DNA from: Ktedonobacterales bacterium
Lineage (GTDB): Bacteria; Chloroflexota; Ktedonobacteria; Ktedonobacterales; JADMIN01
Direction of reading: 5' to 3'
Assembly: GCA_025936795.1 (NCBI GenBank)
Contig: JAICSR010000003.1
Location: forward strand, 1-36,354
Length of the DNA: 36,354 bases
A program made the translations under genes and the position numbers. Positions 26,517 through 35,695 of the stretch are shown here, in pieces. The notes under the pieces are model-generated. The model did not search any database and had not been told where the DNA came from. It saw nothing but the letters and a program-made list of their open reading frames with translations. Each line of letters begins with the position of its first letter. Within the stretch, counting starts at the first letter, position 1.

Positions 26517-28763
26517 TTAGCGCGTCTGCGTATCCGTCTCGTCGCGCGGCACGCTCGGCGCCTCACCTGCCGTTGACGTCGGTGTGGACGGAGCGCCCGC
26601 GCTGCCGAACGCTTCGGGGGCGAACAACTCTGAGACACGCAACGAGCCGGGAGCCGCGTCTGGCGCGGGTGGCTCTGGCGGCAGGCTGGCCTGCGCGGCG
26701 GCCAACCGCGCATCGGTGTCGAGCGGATGGGTGGCAGTGCGCCGTGGGATGCTCGCGGAGCCAGGGCGCGCCATTCCTGCGCCGCCCATCTCATCGTCCA
26801 GGTCGGCGCTCGCCCCAGAGGGGCTGGCAAGCTGCTGCATCTGCTCTGCCCCGCGCTCGGTGGCGTCCATCGCCTGGTTGACCCAATCAATGTGCATGCC
26901 CGTGCGGCGCACATGCTTGCTGAGCACGCCAATGTCATGGACAAAGGTCTGGACCGCGCGCGCTTCCTCGCTGGTCTGTAGCTGAAGCAAGCTGAGCAGC
27001 AGCCAGGCGTCCGTCAGGCTAGCTGGCAGCTCGCCCTGCGACGCGACGGACGACCCAGCAGCGCCAGCGTCGTCTGCAGCGGCTTCACCACTGGCGCTGT
27101 CCGACGGCGCTAGCGGGCGTATCGCTGGCAGCGGCGCTGTCAGTGGCGAAATGCCAGCCGCGTTGGGGTCAACGGGATCGAGGGCGCGGAACTCATTCGT
27201 ATAGCGATTCAGGATGCCAAGATCGGCGCCAAGACCAGCGAGATCGCCGGTTGTAGCGGAGTCTCGTCCAGGCGACTCACGCAGCGAACCATCCGCCAGC
27301 TCGCTCTGGATCAACTCAGGCGGCAATATCAGCGCCAGCGCGCGGCGCGCCTGCGCCAGCAGATCGGCCTGGCGGACCGCCGTCTGATTGAGCATCTCGA
27401 CGAGCGACACCAGCTGACCTGCGATTGCCTGGGCCTGCGCCGACTCGTTCGCGGTATTCACCAGCACTTCGCGGCTGTGCCTGAGCGAGTTCGAGATCTC
27501 CGCCGCGACCTCTTGCAGGCGCGCCTGGCGGCGCGCATTCATCGTCTGGGCCTGGCTGAGCGCGGCGCGCACCGAGTACAGCGCGCTATCAGTCGGCGTC
27601 TCACCCGGCACGGATGGCATCGCGCCAGTCGCGAGCCGCCCAGCCATCTCCACCAGCGGCACGGCCTGGGCCTTCATGCTCTGCACCTGCCGTTCGAGAT
27701 CATTGGTGGAGCGCAACTGCTGGATGAGCAGATTCAAGCTCAGCGCCAACGGCGCCAGCTCACCCTCGGAGATCTCAATGCGGGTGTCGTATTCGTGCGC
27801 CAGCGCGTTCGATACTGCCATCTGGATGGCGCCGACATCCTGTGTGAGCAGGCTCCGCTGCTCGTTCATCCTGCTCTCAGCCGCCGAGAGGCGCGCCTGT
27901 GTGAAGCGCAGGTCTTCGTCGGCCTGTGCGCTTTTGAGCGTCTCATACATGAACTGCGCCAGCCGCCAGGCCAGGAACCCGATGAACGCTTCAAGCCCCA
28001 GCGCATAGACCATCACGAGATAGGCGTCGTTGAGTTGGCTGGAGGCGTCGCTGCCAAGCGCCAGCGCCAGCAAAATGGCGCTGGCAGTGACGATAGCGGC
28101 GGCTGAGGCTACCAGCAGCGTCAATTCAGGCGAGAGGAAGAGGCCTGCCTCCAGAATGATCGGCAGAAAGAGCATGGCCGCCTGCGCTGTGTGCGCGCTG
28201 TCGTAGCTCAAGCTGGCGGTGACGAAGACCTGCGCCGCTGTGGCCAGCGCGCCACCGCCGATCAGCATGTAATACGCGACATCCAGGTCACGGCGCAGAC
28301 GATTGAACAGGAAGGCGGCAAGGTAGAAGACCAGCGCGACACCCAGTGTGAGCAGCACCGGCAGATTGGGCGCCGGGATCACGTAGCCAGGAACGACCAT
28401 CAGGGTGATGAGCGCCTGCGCCAGCACGACCGTATTGGCCAGCCAGGCCCGCCGCTGTTTGCGCAGCGTCTCGCCTCTGATGCGCTCTTCTATCAGCCCT
28501 GAGAGCTGCAAACGCTGCGGCTGTGAACGCGGCCCCGGTACCGGCTGCGAACGCGAACCACGCAGGGGCTGCGAGGGTGGCGCGGTCATCAATGGATGTG
28601 AGCGTGGAGCGCCGGTCGGCTGCGAGCGCGAGTCGCGCAGGGGCTGCGAGGGCGGCGCGGTCATCAGCGGATGTGAGCGTGGCCCGGCGGTGGGGCGCGC
28701 TGTCGTGGCGCGTCGCGCATCTGGGGGGTTCTGCATGGTCGTTCTTGTCGCGTGGCGCGCCAC
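26517..28763 (-). CDS. Multi-pass membrane protein with HAMP-like and degenerate MCP-like coiled coils (start uncertain; ATG 28736 possible)
   Basis: About 6 TM segments, then AVSNALAHEYDTRIEISEGELAPLALSLNLLIQQL (HAMP-like) and long heptad regions. Confidence 0.7.
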   Translation of the reverse strand: MARHATRTTMQNPPDARRATTARPTAGPRSHPLMTAPPSQPLRDSRSQPTGAPRSHPLMTAPPSQPLRGSRSQPVPGPRSQPQRLQLSGLIEERIRGETLRKQRRAWLANTVVLAQALITLMVVPGYVIPAPNLPVLLTLGVALVFYLAAFLFNRLRRDLDVAYYMLIGGGALATAAQVFVTASLSYDSAHTAQAAMLFLPIILEAGLFLSPELTLLVASAAAIVTASAILLALALGSDASSQLNDAYLVMVYALGLEAFIGFLAWRLAQFMYETLKSAQADEDLRFTQARLSAAESRMNEQRSLLTQDVGAIQMAVSNALAHEYDTRIEISEGELAPLALSLNLLIQQLRSTNDLERQVQSMKAQAVPLVEMAGRLATGAMPSVPGETPTDSALYSVRAALSQAQTMNARRQARLQEVAAEISNSLRHSREVLVNTANESAQAQAIAGQLVSLVEMLNQTAVRQADLLAQARRALALILPPELIQSELADGSLRESPGRDSATTGDLAGLGADLGILNRYTNEFRALDPVDPNAAGISPLTAPLPAIRPLAPSDSASGEAAADDAGAAGSSVASQGELPASLTDAWLLLSLLQLQTSEEARAVQTFVHDIGVLSKHVRRTGMHIDWVNQAMDATERGAEQMQQLASPSGASADLDDEMGGAGMARPGSASIPRRTATHPLDTDARLAAAQASLPPEPPAPDAAPGSLRVSELFAPEAFGSAGAPSTPTSTAGEAPSVPRDETDTQTR
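28521..28683 (-). repeat. 75-bp coding repeat, about 2.2 copies (PRSHPLMTAPPSQPLRxSRSQP)
   Basis: cgcaggggctgcgaggg recurs at 28561 and 28636. Confidence 0.9.
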
Positions 28764-29124
28764 AGCGGCTCATTGCTGAGCGCGCGGACGGACACGCGCC
28801 TCCTTCCAGTCAACGGTATATGAGTGCGGTCGCTCGCAGGTTGCGCGAAGCCTCGACGCCCTGGACCGACATGGCCTGAGCGACCTGGAATACGTGGAAT
28901 CGGCGGGGAATGCCAGCAAACGTGGCGCGCTTCCTGGGTCGTGATAGCGGTATTGTAGGCGAGGGGCGCCGCAGTGGCAAGGGGAAGGCGTGGATCGGCG
29001 TCTGCGCTAGCCCAGATAGCGCCTGCTTCACTGCCCGAATGGGCTGCTCTGGGCGCCCGCCGGATAGTACTATCGCAGCGTGACTGCGTGAGCGCGCTCC
29101 AGCGGTCGTCCAGCGCAGCGACAG

Positions 29125-30528
29125 TTACTGCGCCTGCATAGCGTGTGGCAGGCCAGCCTCAAAGCAGTAGTAGATGGTCTGATACGGTTCGCGGAAGGCG
29201 ATAACCTCATCCGCTACCTGTTCGGGCGCCGCGCCCTCGACCAGCACGCGCGCGATAAAGTCGGCGATGGCGCCCATCTCAGCCTGTCCCATGCCAAGCC
29301 GGGTGACTTCGGTCGAGCCGATGCGCAGACCGCCTGGGTGATCCCATTGCTCTGCGCTGTCATCGGGTATCAGATTCTTGTTGGTGATGATATTCGCGCG
29401 GGCAAGCCGCTGGGCGACCTCTAATCCGCCGCCGAACTGGCGCACGTCGGCGATCACCTGATGGGTGGTCGTATACCCCTTGTGAGCGCCCAGCATGGGA
29501 ATGCCGCGTTGGGCCAGCGCGGCCCCCAGCGCCTGCGCATTCTGCACGATCTGCGCCATATACTGCCGCCCAAACGCGATCATCTCCGCAGCCGAGACAG
29601 CCAGCGCGGCGACGCGATTGACCTGATGCGTGGCGGCGAGCACGGGAAAGACCGCGTGCGTGAGCGGCTCAGTCAGCGCTGGATCATCCCACACGAGGAT
29701 GCCACTCTGTGGACCGCTGAAAGTCTTGCCAGCCGAGCCAGTCATTACTGCCGCGCCCTCGCTGAGTGGCGCCTGGAACTGGCCGCCCGCGACCAGCCCA
29801 AGCTGATGCGCTCCATCGAAGTAGATGCGACCACCCCACTCCGCCACGATGTCGGCCATCGCGCGGATAGGGAACGGGAAGAGCGTCATCGAGGCGCCAA
29901 GCGCAACCAGCTTCGGTTGGACGAGCCGTGCGACCTTGGCGAAGAGATCGAGGTCTACCGTCAACTCCACCGGATCAAACGGCACATCCACAATATGCAG
30001 GCCACGCACGCCCGCCGGACCATCGGGACGATTGCTCGAATGCCCACCAATCGGCTGCGGCAGGCTCATGATCAGATCGCCGGGCTGGGTCATCGCGGTA
30101 TAGACGGCGAGATTGCCGATCATGCTGGCCACCAGGCGGTGGTCGGCATAGCGGGCGTGAAACGCCTGCTTGAGCAGTTCGACACACAGCGCCTCGATCT
30201 CGTCAATATGGCGTGTGCCTGCGAACCAGCGATTGACCGGACCAATGTGGCCCTCGGCTGCGCGTGTTCCCACTTCCGATGCAAGCAGCGCGCGCACGGT
30301 AGGGCTGGTGGGCGCCTCAGGCGCGAGCAGGTTGAGACATTGCCGCCCACGCCACGCTTCATTGCGCTTCACAGCCGCTACGACCGCCTGCGCCATCTCG
30401 GCGGGCGACTGGCAGGCGTCCAGGGTTTGCCGCGCCAGGCTAAGGGTCGCCGCGTCGTGTACCTCTGGTTGCGCAGGTGGAACGACAGGAGTCGCAGGAG
30501 TTGCGGGCTTGTACGGTGCGCTCGCCAT
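29125..30528 (-). CDS. Serine hydroxymethyltransferase-fold PLP enzyme, atypical
   Basis: LNLLAPE, AEG, GGH, FDGAHQLGLVAGG, GKTFSGPQSG, NKNLIPDD, GLRIGSTEVTRLGM. Confidence 0.85.
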   Translation of the reverse strand: MASAPYKPATPATPVVPPAQPEVHDAATLSLARQTLDACQSPAEMAQAVVAAVKRNEAWRGRQCLNLLAPEAPTSPTVRALLASEVGTRAAEGHIGPVNRWFAGTRHIDEIEALCVELLKQAFHARYADHRLVASMIGNLAVYTAMTQPGDLIMSLPQPIGGHSSNRPDGPAGVRGLHIVDVPFDPVELTVDLDLFAKVARLVQPKLVALGASMTLFPFPIRAMADIVAEWGGRIYFDGAHQLGLVAGGQFQAPLSEGAAVMTGSAGKTFSGPQSGILVWDDPALTEPLTHAVFPVLAATHQVNRVAALAVSAAEMIAFGRQYMAQIVQNAQALGAALAQRGIPMLGAHKGYTTTHQVIADVRQFGGGLEVAQRLARANIITNKNLIPDDSAEQWDHPGGLRIGSTEVTRLGMGQAEMGAIADFIARVLVEGAAPEQVADEVIAFREPYQTIYYCFEAGLPHAMQAQ

Positions 30529-30625
30529 GTGTGATGTTCTCCTCAAGCTCTACGCGAAGCGATTTGCAGGTGATGGGCGGAATGCGCTCGTGCTTCCCAC
30601 CGTCGCGGGCGCGCCAATACGGTCG

Positions 30626-31342
30626 CTACGCCTGCCGCGCCGTGTCGTCGGTGTGGCCGCCATCGCCTGCGTCGTCGGCATCAGAGAGCGATGAGACGAT
30701 CAGACGACCCAGGCTCAACCAGTTCTCCTCGACCAGGGTGGCGACCGCGAGCGCATCCTGACGCTGGCACGCGGCGATGATGGCCGCATGCTGCTGCACG
30801 GATTTGTAGCCAGCGAGCGACCCGAACTGCGCATATTCGAGACGACGCACCTTTGGCATGATGCGCTCCAGCGTCCGCACGATTTCACCGTTCGCCGCCG
30901 CCCGCAGCAACACAGCATGGAATCGGTCGTCCGCCTGGATGGCCTGGAGGATTGTCGCGCGCTCAGCCCCGGCGACCACTGCGGCCAGCGCCTCATTGGC
31001 TGCGCGCATCTCGGCGACATCGTGCGCAGCCAGTCGGCTGACGCCCTGGCGCGCCGCCAACGCGTGCAGCGCCGCCACAACAGGAAACGCATCGCGCGCC
31101 GCCTGAGCGTCGAGCGGGGCGACGCGCGTCAGGGCGCGGGGTGATGTCTGCACCAGCCCTTCATCGTCGAGCCGTTGCAGCGCTTCGCGTACCGGTGTGC
31201 GACTGACGCCAAGCTGCGTCGCCAACAGTTGATCGCGCAGCCGCTGACCCGGCGCCAGTTCGCCTGTAACGATGGCGTCGCGCACGGCTCCGTAGACCCG
31301 CTCGCGCAGCGACCGACTTTCGAGCGTCATGAGCGTATTCAT
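30626..31342 (-). CDS. GntR family regulator with FCD domain
   Basis: SLRERVYGAVRDAIVTGELAPGQRL...LGVSRTPVREALQRL; DDRFH...QQHAAII. Confidence 0.93.
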   Translation of the reverse strand: MNTLMTLESRSLRERVYGAVRDAIVTGELAPGQRLRDQLLATQLGVSRTPVREALQRLDDEGLVQTSPRALTRVAPLDAQAARDAFPVVAALHALAARQGVSRLAAHDVAEMRAANEALAAVVAGAERATILQAIQADDRFHAVLLRAAANGEIVRTLERIMPKVRRLEYAQFGSLAGYKSVQQHAAIIAACQRQDALAVATLVEENWLSLGRLIVSSLSDADDAGDGGHTDDTARQA

Positions 31343-31344
31343 GA

Positions 31345-31360
31345 ATGTGATATATCACAT
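31345..31360. promoter_or_regulatory. Perfect 16-bp palindrome, candidate GntR operator
   Basis: atgtgatatatcacat, immediately upstream of the gntR ATG. Confidence 0.65.
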
Positions 31361-31458
31361 GCGCCTCACACCGTCAATGGCAGATCTGGCGGAGGCGCTC
31401 AGCGCCGCTTGCGTCGCCCGGTGTCTATCGCGTACACTGATGCTACATCTGCACGCTG

Positions 31459-31541
31459 GCCGGCGTGGCGGAACGGTATACGCGGCGGTCTCAAAAACCG
31501 CTCCTGGCAACGGGTTAAGGGTTCGAATCCCTTCGCCGGCA
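31459..31541 (+). tRNA. tRNA-Leu (anticodon CAA)
   Basis: Acceptor GCCGGCG/CGCCGGC, anticodon arm gcggt-CTCAAAA-accgc, long variable arm, aaggg-TTCGAAT-ccctt, discriminator A; CCA not encoded. Confidence 0.95.
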
Positions 31542-31552
31542 CCCCCAAACTA

Positions 31553-31624
31553 CGATCTATGCGACAGTCCCCCAAAACCACTCCCGGCGCCGGGGTATGG
31601 GTTCGAATCCCTTCGCGGGCGCCC
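31553..31624 (+). pseudogene. Degenerate tandem copy of most of tRNA-Leu
   Basis: aaaaccactcccggcgccggggtatgggttcgaatcccttcgcgggcgccc aligns with the tRNA 3' part at an 80-bp offset; 5' acceptor strand missing. Confidence 0.8.
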
Positions 31625-31716
31625 TGAACTGATTCAATTGTAACCTTCGAGCGTCGGCCAGAGTGGCTGGCGCTCGGTTCATACGCTAGCGCTGAGCGGT
31701 GGGTCAACGGGCGGCG

Positions 31717-32610
31717 TCATGCCAGGCTGGCGACGGCAAGCTGGCTGCGCGCGACCTCCTCCATGCGCCGCAGTGGGCCAGGGAACCGTTGCAGCAGTGG
31801 TGTGGGGTCGAAGGTCATATCGTGCGTATCCATGTAGGCGCCGGTCGCGATCTGCCGACTAAACGCAGGGTTGATGAGGCGCATCAGCAGACACATCGCC
31901 TGCATGGCTGGCAGGGGAATGTGCTGTTTCTTGACTGTGCGCCCCGTCACCCGCTCGATCAGTTCCACCACCTGCTCGAGCGAAAGGTTCTCTGGGCCGC
32001 CCACCTCAATCGTGAGATTACGGGCCTGGGGGTCCAGCAAACCGATCAGCGCAAAGCGCGCGACATCGTCCACGGAAACGAAATTGAGAGGATTGACTGC
32101 GCGCCCAAAGAGCAGGGCTTGCCCGCGCTTGAGCATCGGCTCGGCGATGATCGTGAGCCATAGCTCCATGAATGCCGTCGGGCGCACAATCGTATAGCTG
32201 AGTCCGGACGTCTTGAGCGCTTGCTCTGTGGCAAACTTGCAGCGAAAAAGGTCGATGGGGTGGTCAGCGCGCGCTCCGTGAATGGACATCATGACAACAT
32301 GGTTCACGCCCGCCGCGCGGGCAGCGGCAATCAGCTGGCGCCCGCCCCGCTCATCGACCGTTTGCGGCGTATTATCACCCCGGCTGTCGAACGCATGGGC
32401 AGCGCTCAATACGGAGTCTATCCCCTGGCAGGCCCGCGCGATTGAGGTTTCGTCGCGCAGGTCGCCCTCAACGACTTCTGCGCCCGCGTGCGCCAGTTCA
32501 GCGAGTTTGCCTGGCGTGCGGCTCATCGCCCGGACCGTGTGGCCCTCCGCCAGGAGGCGCCGCGTGACGAGGCCACCCAGACGCCCACGTGCTCCCACGA
32601 CGAGGATCAT
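31717..32610 (-). CDS. Atypical SDR / NmrA-like NAD(P)H-binding oxidoreductase
   Basis: MILVVGARGRLGG, EVVEGDLRD, SGLSYTIVRPTAFME, NFVSVDDVA, EVGGPENLS; AAGGAG SD. Confidence 0.9.
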   Translation of the reverse strand: MILVVGARGRLGGLVTRRLLAEGHTVRAMSRTPGKLAELAHAGAEVVEGDLRDETSIARACQGIDSVLSAAHAFDSRGDNTPQTVDERGGRQLIAAARAAGVNHVVMMSIHGARADHPIDLFRCKFATEQALKTSGLSYTIVRPTAFMELWLTIIAEPMLKRGQALLFGRAVNPLNFVSVDDVARFALIGLLDPQARNLTIEVGGPENLSLEQVVELIERVTGRTVKKQHIPLPAMQAMCLLMRLINPAFSRQIATGAYMDTHDMTFDPTPLLQRFPGPLRRMEEVARSQLAVASLA

Positions 32611-32648
32611 GTCCTGCTCCTTCTGGTTCATGTGGTCATCACGCGCTG

Positions 32649-33107
32649 TTATGGCAGCTCGTTGACGCACAGATAGACGAATGCGTCACCAATGCGCTGT
32701 GGTCGTCCCTGTGTCTGCGGCGACGGGGGGACGACTCTGCCTTCAAAGACGCAGAAGGCGTCACAGAGCCAGCGATAGCGCGGATCATCGGCCTCGAATG
32801 TCACCCGCATGAGCTGGTCGCCGACGGGGCCGTCTGGTGTCTCCGACCAGACCACGCGCCCTTTCATCGAGAACACAATGGCGGTTCCGTCGTCCGTTGT
32901 GATAACTCCCTGGATGTCGGGGAGCATAACGCCATCGCTGCGACGGCGTGGATGATTGAACCAGCGCACCACACCCCGGAGTTGGTCGCCTTCGGCGACG
33001 CCCTCGCCGCCGCCGAAGGCAGCGGCCTCTTGCGTGCCATATGGCTGCACAAAGGCGGTGGGGCTGGTCTGGGTCAGATTTAGTGTACACAGCTTCGTTG
33101 TGCGCAT
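32649..33107 (-). CDS. DUF3237-like beta-barrel protein
   Basis: Last 152 aa of the 837-aa track ORF: GEGVAEGDQLRGVV...RRSDG...GVITTDDG...TFEADDPRYRWL; GAGGG SD before ATG 33107. Confidence 0.75.
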   Translation of the reverse strand: MRTTKLCTLNLTQTSPTAFVQPYGTQEAAAFGGGEGVAEGDQLRGVVRWFNHPRRRSDGVMLPDIQGVITTDDGTAIVFSMKGRVVWSETPDGPVGDQLMRVTFEADDPRYRWLCDAFCVFEGRVVPPSPQTQGRPQRIGDAFVYLCVNELP

Positions 33108-33353
33108 GACACATCCCTCATCGCTCAGTAGCGATTGATTCAGCGAGCGCAAATGGTCGCTGGCGCCTTGGCCGCCTGGTCGCCGATGCGCGCTTACCGT
33201 CACCTGCTCGAAGGATACACGCCGCCCTGGCCGAACGCCACACACAATGCTCACCTTTTCCCCACATGCTCGCCCACGAAGGCTGCTATACTGAGGGCCA
33301 GCGACATCACGAACATCAGTAACCGAGACTCCGTGAGTGGCGGTCGCCTGGAT

Positions 33354-35690
33354 ATGACAGAGCAGTCGAGATTTGGCGCTATCCTCAAACGCTATCGTGT
33401 GGCGGCTGGACTCTCGCAGGAGGCGCTTGCCGCGCGGGCGAGCCTCAGCGCGCGCGCAATCTCGGACCTGGAGCGTGGACTGCATCGCACTCCGCACCCT
33501 GGCACCATTGACCTGCTGGCTACCGCGCTTGCCCTGGCGCCAGATCAGCGCGCCGTCCTCCTGGCGGAGGCCCATCCACCTGCGCCGCTCTCCACGGCTG
33601 AGCCACCGCCACGCCGTTTGCCAGCCGCGTCCACCGCGCTGATTGGCCGCGACCAGGAGCGACGCCATGCGCAGACGTTGCTGCTTGAGCAAGGCTGCCG
33701 TCTGCTGACCCTGGTTGGTCCGGGCGGCGCGGGCAAGACACGTCTGGCGCTCGACATTGCGGAGAACCTCGCCACGGAGTTTGCTGATGGCGTGATCTTC
33801 GTGGACCTGGCGCCCGTGCGCAACGCACAGCTGCTCTATGCAGTGATCGCGCAGGCGCTTGGGCTGCGCGAGCGAGAGTACAGCGCGCCTGCTGAGTCTG
33901 CCGTGTACACCGAATTGCGCGCGAAGCGCACGCTGCTCCTCCTGGACAACTTCGAGCACATGCTGGCGATGACGCCGACGATAGCTGACCTGCTTGCCCA
34001 CTGCCCGAAGGTTGCTATCCTCGTGACCAGTCGCGCGCGGCTGGGGCTGCGTGGTGAACATTTGCTGCCCGTGACGCCACTGGCCCTCGACGCGGCGGTA
34101 GCGCTGTTCTGCGAACGTGCGCGCGCTGTTCGCCCAGATCGCGACACGCCGCGCGAGCAGGTTGCGGCCATCTGCCAGCGTGTGGATTGCCTGCCGCTCG
34201 CCATTGAGTTGGCCGCTGTGCAGACCTGGCTCCTGCCGCTCGCACAATTGCTCGACTATCTGACGCATCGCCTCGCGCTGCTGCGTGGCGGCGCCAGCGA
34301 CCTGCCCGCCCGACAGCAAACGATGGAAGACACGATCGCCTGGAGCTATGAGCTGCTTGGAGATGCGCAGCAACGCTGTTTTCGTGCGCTTGGCGTCTTT
34401 GTTGGTGGGTGGACACTCGATGCCGCGCACGCGATCTGCTGGGATGCGGATTCCAGCGGCTCGACTACGACGGCCGATACGCTCCGCACGCTTGCCGCGC
34501 TCGCAGACGCCAGCCTCATTCAGGCGGATGAGATGGCGGACGGCTCGGTGCGCTTTCGTCTGCTGGAGCTGATCCGTGACTATGCCCTGGCGCGACTTGA
34601 AGAATCTCGTGAGGCGTACGCTTGCCATCTGCGCCATGCGCGCTACTTTGCGCAGATGGGCGATGCCATCACGCGCGTTGGGCCGGCGAGCCTGCCACAT
34701 GGCGCTGATCCCGCCCTGGAATTGCCAAATGCGCACGCAGCGCTGGAGTGGGTGGATCAGGTAGGCGAAGCAGCGCTGGGCCTGCGGCTGGCCGGTTTCG
34801 GCCGCCTCTGGCATCTCGTTGGCCAGACGAGTGAGGCGCTGCTGTGGCAGGAGCGCATGCTGGCGCTCGATGAGCGAACACCGACCCAGGAGGGCGATGC
34901 CACGCGGCTCGTCTTGCGCGCCGAACGGCTCTATGGTTTTGGACGAACGCTGCTGGGCGTTGGCGAGTATGATCGCGCCGAAGCGCAGGCCCGCGCGGCG
35001 CTTGAGCTTGCGTTGCGGCTTGGCGATGACGGCGTAACCAGCAATACGTACATGACGATCGGGATGATCGCACATGCGCGTGGCGAGTATGATATGGCGG
35101 CAAGCGCATTGACTGCGGCCTATGAGCGCACGCCCGCTATTGACCAGACGGGGCAGCGGCATCGGGTGGAGAGTCTGCTGGCGGATACGGAACGGCGGCG
35201 AGGCAACCTGACAACCGCCGCTGCGCTCTTAGAGCGCGCTGTGGCCGACGCTGAAGCGCTGGGCAATACCTGGGATACCGCCCGGCTGACGACGATGCGG
35301 GGGCTTGTCGCCTGCCAGCAAGCGCACTATAGCGAGGCGACACGCTACTTTGTGAAGGCGCTGACGTTGTTCCGCCCATTTGGCAGCCCGCGCTTTAGCG
35401 CCTGGTGTTTGGAGGGTTTTGCCGCCGTCCTCTCCGCTCAGGGCGCTCAGATGTGGGTCGTGCGCTTGTGCAGCGCCGCTACGACCTTGCGAACGCAGGC
35501 GCAGGCTCCCGCTCCCACTGCGGAGCAGGAGGCGATTGACACCATGCTGGCCACTGCGCGCGAACGCCTGGGAGAGCAAACATCCGCCGACGCCTGGCGC
35601 GCAGGCTCTGCGCTGACAATGGTCGCCGCCATTGATGAAGCGCTCGCCGAAGGAGCGCGGCGGCTCGATTCCGAAGACGTTGCGAGGTGA
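33354..35690 (+). CDS. XRE-HTH + STAND-type (NB-ARC-like) NTPase + TPR transcriptional regulator
   Basis: FGAILKRYRVAAGLSQEALA...ISDLERG; LIGR; GPGGAGKTRLA; LLLLDNFEH; VTSR; LPLAIELAA; TPR C-terminus; TGcTATACT at 33284. Confidence 0.9.
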   Translation: MTEQSRFGAILKRYRVAAGLSQEALAARASLSARAISDLERGLHRTPHPGTIDLLATALALAPDQRAVLLAEAHPPAPLSTAEPPPRRLPAASTALIGRDQERRHAQTLLLEQGCRLLTLVGPGGAGKTRLALDIAENLATEFADGVIFVDLAPVRNAQLLYAVIAQALGLREREYSAPAESAVYTELRAKRTLLLLDNFEHMLAMTPTIADLLAHCPKVAILVTSRARLGLRGEHLLPVTPLALDAAVALFCERARAVRPDRDTPREQVAAICQRVDCLPLAIELAAVQTWLLPLAQLLDYLTHRLALLRGGASDLPARQQTMEDTIAWSYELLGDAQQRCFRALGVFVGGWTLDAAHAICWDADSSGSTTTADTLRTLAALADASLIQADEMADGSVRFRLLELIRDYALARLEESREAYACHLRHARYFAQMGDAITRVGPASLPHGADPALELPNAHAALEWVDQVGEAALGLRLAGFGRLWHLVGQTSEALLWQERMLALDERTPTQEGDATRLVLRAERLYGFGRTLLGVGEYDRAEAQARAALELALRLGDDGVTSNTYMTIGMIAHARGEYDMAASALTAAYERTPAIDQTGQRHRVESLLADTERRRGNLTTAAALLERAVADAEALGNTWDTARLTTMRGLVACQQAHYSEATRYFVKALTLFRPFGSPRFSAWCLEGFAAVLSAQGAQMWVVRLCSAATTLRTQAQAPAPTAEQEAIDTMLATARERLGEQTSADAWRAGSALTMVAAIDEALAEGARRLDSEDVAR

Positions 35691-35695
35691 AACCG

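Noticed and set aside
31346-31359. CRP site TGTGA...TCACA
   Set aside because: Spacer is 4 bp rather than 6, and the nearby cNMP protein has no DNA-binding domain.
31553-31624. Second functional tRNA
   Set aside because: No 5' acceptor strand; anticodon stem is disrupted.
33108-35162. N-terminal 685 aa of the 837-aa minus-strand ORF
   Set aside because: Antisense shadow of the XRE-NTPase-TPR gene; only the part from ATG 33107 looks like a real protein.
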